From Octopus vulgaris (lineage: Eukaryota): 64,000 nt of DNA. Positions 59,405-64,000 of this stretch are shown here, piece by piece (positions within the stretch are counted from its first letter, which is position 1; the number at the start of each line of letters is the position of its first letter). The DNA lies in the NCBI GenBank assembly GCA_951406725.2, contig OX597817.1, positions 55,676,001-55,740,000 on the forward strand. Direction: 5' to 3'. The position numbers and the translations under genes are program-made. The notes under the pieces were generated by a model, which was not told where the DNA came from, ran no database searches, and saw nothing but the letters and a program-made list of their open reading frames with translations.

Positions 59405-59734
59405 AGGCCTGATCAATAAGTATCCGGTCTATTGACATAGTAACGAAGCCAAAGTACGCAGAGTGAAGCCGCTTGGCACAGATTGACCTTGAAGTCTGCT
59501 GTACACGTCCACTAAGGTTTAACGTTCTAACTCATTTCCCTTGTTAAAAACCTTCTTGTAAATATGGGGAGTGGCCTAGAACAGCAGTGTTCAAGATCAA
59601 TCTGGGCCAAGCGGCTTCATTCTACTTACTTTGTGTTCGTTACCATGGCAACAGTCCGGATACTTATTGATCACTCCACGTATATATACTGACTGATAAA
59701 TAAGTATCCGGACTGTTGCCATAGTAACGAAACC
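59405..59734. mobile_element. Mariner-like MITE with ~90-bp inverted arms, plus an extra terminal fragment
   Basis: TGATCAATAAGTATCCGG...GAAGCCGCTTGGCACAGATTGACCTTGAA is mirrored at 59588-59673; a third partial end lies at ~59690-59734. Confidence 0.8.
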
Positions 59735-59737
59735 AGA

Positions 59738-59898
59738 GTATTTCGTTTGTCTTTACGTTCTGAGTTCAAATTCCATCGACTTTGCCGATCGTCCTTTGGG
59801 AGTCGATAAATGAAGTACCAGTGAAACACTGGGGTCGATGTAATCGGCTAGATCTCCTCCTCCCCTAAAATTTCAGGCCTTTCGCTTTTAGTAGAAAC
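59738..59898 (+). mobile_element. SINE family 1, headless degenerate copy
   Basis: Begins at GTATTTCG; B-box, central domain, alternative tail. Confidence 0.8.
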
Positions 59899-59904
59899 AT
59901 TTAT

Positions 59905-60011
59905 TGTTGTCGTTGTTGTTTTTATAGCTGTTTTTGTTGCTGTTGTTGCCTTTGCTGCTTATACTCTTTTATGGTAATGATGGTACTGTCGATGATGAGG
60001 AGGTGGAGGAA

Positions 60012-60063
<52 letters not shown>

Positions 60064-60151
60064 TGTAGTAGTGGGGTGATGGTGGTGGTAGTAGTAGTAC
60101 TGGAGTGATGGTGGTGGTGGTAGTAGTAGTAGTAGTGGGGTGATGGTGGTG

Positions 60152-60203
<52 letters not shown>

Positions 60204-61395
60204 CAATGGGGTGATGGTGGTGGTGGTAGTAGTTGTTGCTGTTGTTGTTGTTGGCGGATGACAAGTAAGAATTGTCGAAAGCTCTGTTGATAGTGATCAT
60301 CGTCGCCATCGACGTGGCATTTCCAGTTCTTGACTTTCTTCAGCATTCTTTGTTCTTTCACGTCGCTGTTGATGACGATGCTGCTGGTGCTATTGTTGAT
60401 GATGATGATGATGATGATAGTGGTGGTTCTGATGGTGGTAGCGGTGGTGGTGTTGATGATGATGATGATGATGCTAGTTGTGGTTCTGATGGTGGTAGTG
60501 GTGGTGGTGTTGATGATGATGATGATGATGATGCTAGTTGTGGTTCTGATGGTGGTAGTGGTGGTGGTGATGATGATGATGATGATGATGATGATGTTAG
60601 TGGTGGTTTGTGATGGTGGTGGTGGTGATGATGATGATGATGAGGATGATGATGTTAGTGGTGATTGTGATGGTAGTAGTGGTGGTGGTGATGATGATGT
60701 TGTTAGTGGTGATTGTGATGGTTGTGATGGTGGTGGTGGTGGTGATGGTGGTGGTGGTGGTGGTGGTGGTGATATTAATGATGATGATGACGGAGATGGT
60801 GATGGCGATAATGATTTTTGCCATTTTCTCCTAGTTTATATTCTTATTACTGTTTTCCTCTTTTCTTCTCGAATTCCTTTGCCGCCATTCTTTGCTCTTT
60901 TCTTCAGCCTCCCAATTTCCACCTCTACATTTTTTTACTTCTTGTAGTCTTTTATTTTCACATCTCCTCCGCCTCTCACTCTCACTCCTCCTTTCCATTT
61001 CTCAGCGGTGGTGGTTGCCTCGAAAACTGCCTTCAGTCATGTAACAACAACAACAACAACAACAATTTAAGACGGACAATTTGCCTGGAGAGAGGCAGAC
61101 AGACAGACAGACAGACAGAAATAGTGAGTGATGAAGAAGAAGGAGGAGGAGGAGGAGGAGGAATAGAAGAAGAAGAAGAAGAAGAAGAAGAAGAAGAAGA
61201 AGAAGAAGAATGATGGAGAAGAAGAAGAAGAAGAAGAAGAAGAAGAAGAAGAAGAAGAAGAAGAAGAAGAAAAAGAAGAAGAAGAAAAGAAGAAGAAGAA
61301 GAAGAAGAAGAAGAAGAAGAAGAAGAAGAAGAAGAAGAAGAAGAAGAAGAAGAAGAAGATGGAGAAGAAGAAGAATGATGGGGAAGAAGAATGGA
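59905..61395. repeat. Compound trinucleotide domain with higher-order units, ending in long (GAA)n
   Basis: Direct inspection. Confidence 0.93.
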
Positions 61396-62124
61396 TGAGG
61401 GAGGGTTAGGGGGTTGCGACCGAGTGAAAGGTGGGAGAGAAATACGTGCAAATGATTCAAATAGAGTTGCCAAACTAACCAACCAACGAAAAGCTGGTTT
61501 GCTCAACTCTTCAGAGACGTTAACATTGTAGTTAATCTGACAAAGGGTAAATTACATAGGTAATAATATGTACGCCATTTGCAAAGGTAATGCCAGTCTC
61601 CATCGAAGAATAAGTTGAGCGTCGATGAAGTGTCAGCGCTGGGCCTAAGTGTAAAGAACACACGTTTATAGAGCGCCATGTTTGGTGTTATAAGTAAGAC
61701 GTCTAAGGGAAGAAGGAAGAGAAAGACTTTGTGTGTGTGTGTGGAGGGGGAGTATGTGTTTATAAATATGTCTGTATTTGTGTGTGCGCGCGTGGAAATC
61801 GATAAATTTTAATATAGCCTTGGGTTTGAGGTTATGTTAAATGGTAAAAGTAAAGCAAGAAAATAAAATAAAAAGAATAAAATAATAACAGCAAAAAGTT
61901 TTATTGTTGAATAGACAAGAATCTTAGTTTCACTTTCACTATTGCCGTGTAACATATGACCTGGCTATCACTTCTTTTTGCTGTTTAACTTTCAGACATT
62001 AGGAGAAACGGAGTGTGTGTGTGTGTGTGTGTGGGTGTAGTGGGAGGTGGGCATTTTAAGATATTGTATTTGGCGGTTTCTAAGCAGGCTGGCTGGCTGG
62101 CTGGCTGCCCGGTGCCTTCAGACT

Positions 62125-62872
62125 TGTGTTGTTGCTGTCGTTGTTGTTGTTCTTGTTTTTTGGTTTTCTTGTTGATCTTGTTTTCGTTTCTTTTTGCTGT
62201 TGTTAGTGGCGTTGTGGTTAATATTGCTTCTGTTGTTACTCTTTTTAGTGTTGTTGTTGTTGTTGTTGCGCCTGTTGTTGCTGCTGTTTCTATTGAGGCC
62301 GTTAGTTATTGTTGCTTTTGTTGTTGCTGTCGTCTTTGCTGCACTTACTCTTTTTTGTTGTTGCTTATTTTCATAATGTTTATTTTTTTTTTATGTTGCT
62401 GCCGATGTTGCTGATGATGCTATTGTACGACTGCTGCTGTTATTTGCCCTTGTTGTTAGAGTTGTCGTCACTGTTGTTGTTATTGTTCTTCTTCTTCTCC
62501 TTCTCCTTCCTCCTCTTCTCCTTTTCCTATTCTTCTAGTTCCTCCTTTTCTTCTTCATCTTCTTTTTCTCCTCTTCTTCGTATTCCTCTTCTTACTTTTC
62601 TTCTTCTCCTTCTTCTCCTCCTCCTCTTCCTCTTGCTTTTTTCTTCTTCTCCTGCTTCAATTCTTCTTTAACTGATCTTCTTCCTTTTCATTTCCTCCTC
62701 CTTCTTCATCTTCTTCTTCTCTCCTTTTTCTTCTTCTTCTTCTTCCCCTTCTCCTCGTTCTTCGTTTTCTCCTCCTCGTCCTTCTTCTTCTTCTTCTTCT
62801 TCTTCTTCTTCTTCTTCTTCTTCTTCTTCTTCTTCTTCTTCTTCTTCTTCTTCTTCTTCTTTTTCTTCTTGT
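62125..62872. repeat. (GTT)n-rich then (TTC)n tract
   Basis: Direct inspection. Confidence 0.92.
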
Positions 62873-62889
62873 CATGAATGCAACAACTA

Positions 62890-63092
62890 AGACGGCGAGC
62901 TGGCAGAATCGTTAGCATGCTTAGCGGTATTTCGTCCGCCTTTACGTTCCGAGTTCAAATTGTGCCGAGGCCGACTTTGCTTTTCATGCTTTCGTGGCTG
63001 ATAAAATAAGTACCAGTCAGAGCACTTGGCTTGATGTTATCGACTTTATCCCTCACTCGAAAATTCTGGACTTGTGCCAAAATTCGAAATCC
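62890..63092 (+). mobile_element. SINE family 1, degenerate
   Basis: Head GGCGAGCTGGCAGAATCGTTAGC, B-box, central domain. Confidence 0.82.
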
Positions 63093-63504
63093 TTATTGAC
63101 ACAGCAACTAGTTGTTGTAATCGATATTGTTGGTGTTGTTGTTTCGTTCTCACTTTGCCATTGTCCATCTGTCGAGCGGTCGGTTATCAAAACATTAACG
63201 ATGGTTTAACAAAACCTGTTGCTGCCGCAGCAACAGCAGCAGTAATACTAACTGCCGGAGTATCCCCATCATCATCATCATCATCGTCGTCATCATCGTC
63301 ACCGTCATCGCCGTCGTCGTCATGATCATCAACACAACCAACAACATTATGACAAGAAGCAATGGCAATAAGGGGAAAATTCCAGAATCATCAGCCGCGA
63401 CATCCTCGCCACCAGCAGTATCAGAAGCGACACCTTTATCAACAACTGCTAGCAACAACAATAGCCGTAGTAGTAATAGCATGAGTGGTAGACGTAGTAT
63501 TAAT

Positions 63505-63737
63505 ATATTTCCTTATTACCCATAAGTGGCTAAACATAGAGGGGACAAACAAGGACAGACAAACGGATTAAGTCGATTACATCGACTCCAGTGCGTAACT
63601 GGTACTTAATTTATCGACCCCGAAAGGATGAAAGGCAAAGTCGACCTCGGCGGAATTTGAACTCGGAACGTAACGACAGACGAAATACGGCTACGCATTT
63701 CGCTCGGCGTGCTAACGTTTCTGCCAGCTCGCCGCCT
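63505..63737 (-). mobile_element. SINE family 1, full length
   Basis: High identity to the other full copies. Confidence 0.92.
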
Positions 63738-63752
63738 CTAAAGCTAATGGAA

Positions 63753-63848
63753 TGCTTACAGCACCCAGGTTTCCCAAGCGGTCACCCATCTAAGTACTAA
63801 CTAGGCTTGATGTTGCTTAACTTCTGTGATCAGACGAGAACCGGTGCT
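63753..63848 (-). pseudogene. 5'-truncated 5S rRNA-derived sequence
   Basis: Minus strand AGCACCGGTTCTCGTCTGATCACAGAAGTTAAGCAACATCAAGCCTAGTTAGTACTTAGATGGGTGACCGCTTGGGAAACCTGGGTGCTGTAAGC matches metazoan 5S from about position 24 to the end, with A-box and C-box regions. The first ~23 nt are missing and there are several substitutions. Confidence 0.9.
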
Positions 63849-63896
63849 AATAGCGACATCAGAAGCAGTGACACCAACAACAACTGCTACTACTAC

Positions 63897-64000
63897 GGAC
63901 CAATGCCTTGTGAGTGGATTTGGTAGACGGAAACTGAAAGAAGCCTGTCGTATATATGTATATGTATATATATATATGTATGTGTGTGTGTGTTTGTGTG
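63897..64000 (+). mobile_element. SINE family 2, internal part running off the window
   Basis: GCCTTGTGAGTGGATTTGGTAGACGGAAACTGAAAGAAGCC matches the family. Confidence 0.8.

Noticed and set aside
63591-63800. Recurrent peptide RNWYLIYRPRKDERQSRPRRNLNSER (also 16690, 31913, 32287, 47370)
   Set aside because: It is the antisense translation of SINE family 1, not a gene family.

Overview
This is AT-rich, extremely microsatellite-dense animal DNA, almost entirely non-coding. The repeat families look like those of an Octopus / coleoid cephalopod genome (recognised from memory, not verified). No intact host gene is supportable, and nearly all ORFs in the supplied track are translations of simple repeats or SINEs. 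Supported content: a 5'-truncated CR1-type LINE; 3' ends of an RTE LINE and of an R4/Dong-type LINE; two Tc1/mariner remnants; several MITEs; many copies of three tRNA-derived SINE families, some with long target-site duplications (TSDs); Penelope-like remnants; and a truncated 5S rRNA copy. The most interesting signals are three hammerhead-ribozyme-like motifs (none fully canonical), a 555-bp non-coding element sitting twice in (AAT)n tracts, once beside a Dong-like tail, inverted repeats centred on (TA)n tracts, fixed-junction SINE dimers, and a candidate 20-nt microexon. No CRISPR array or prokaryote-type system is seen.
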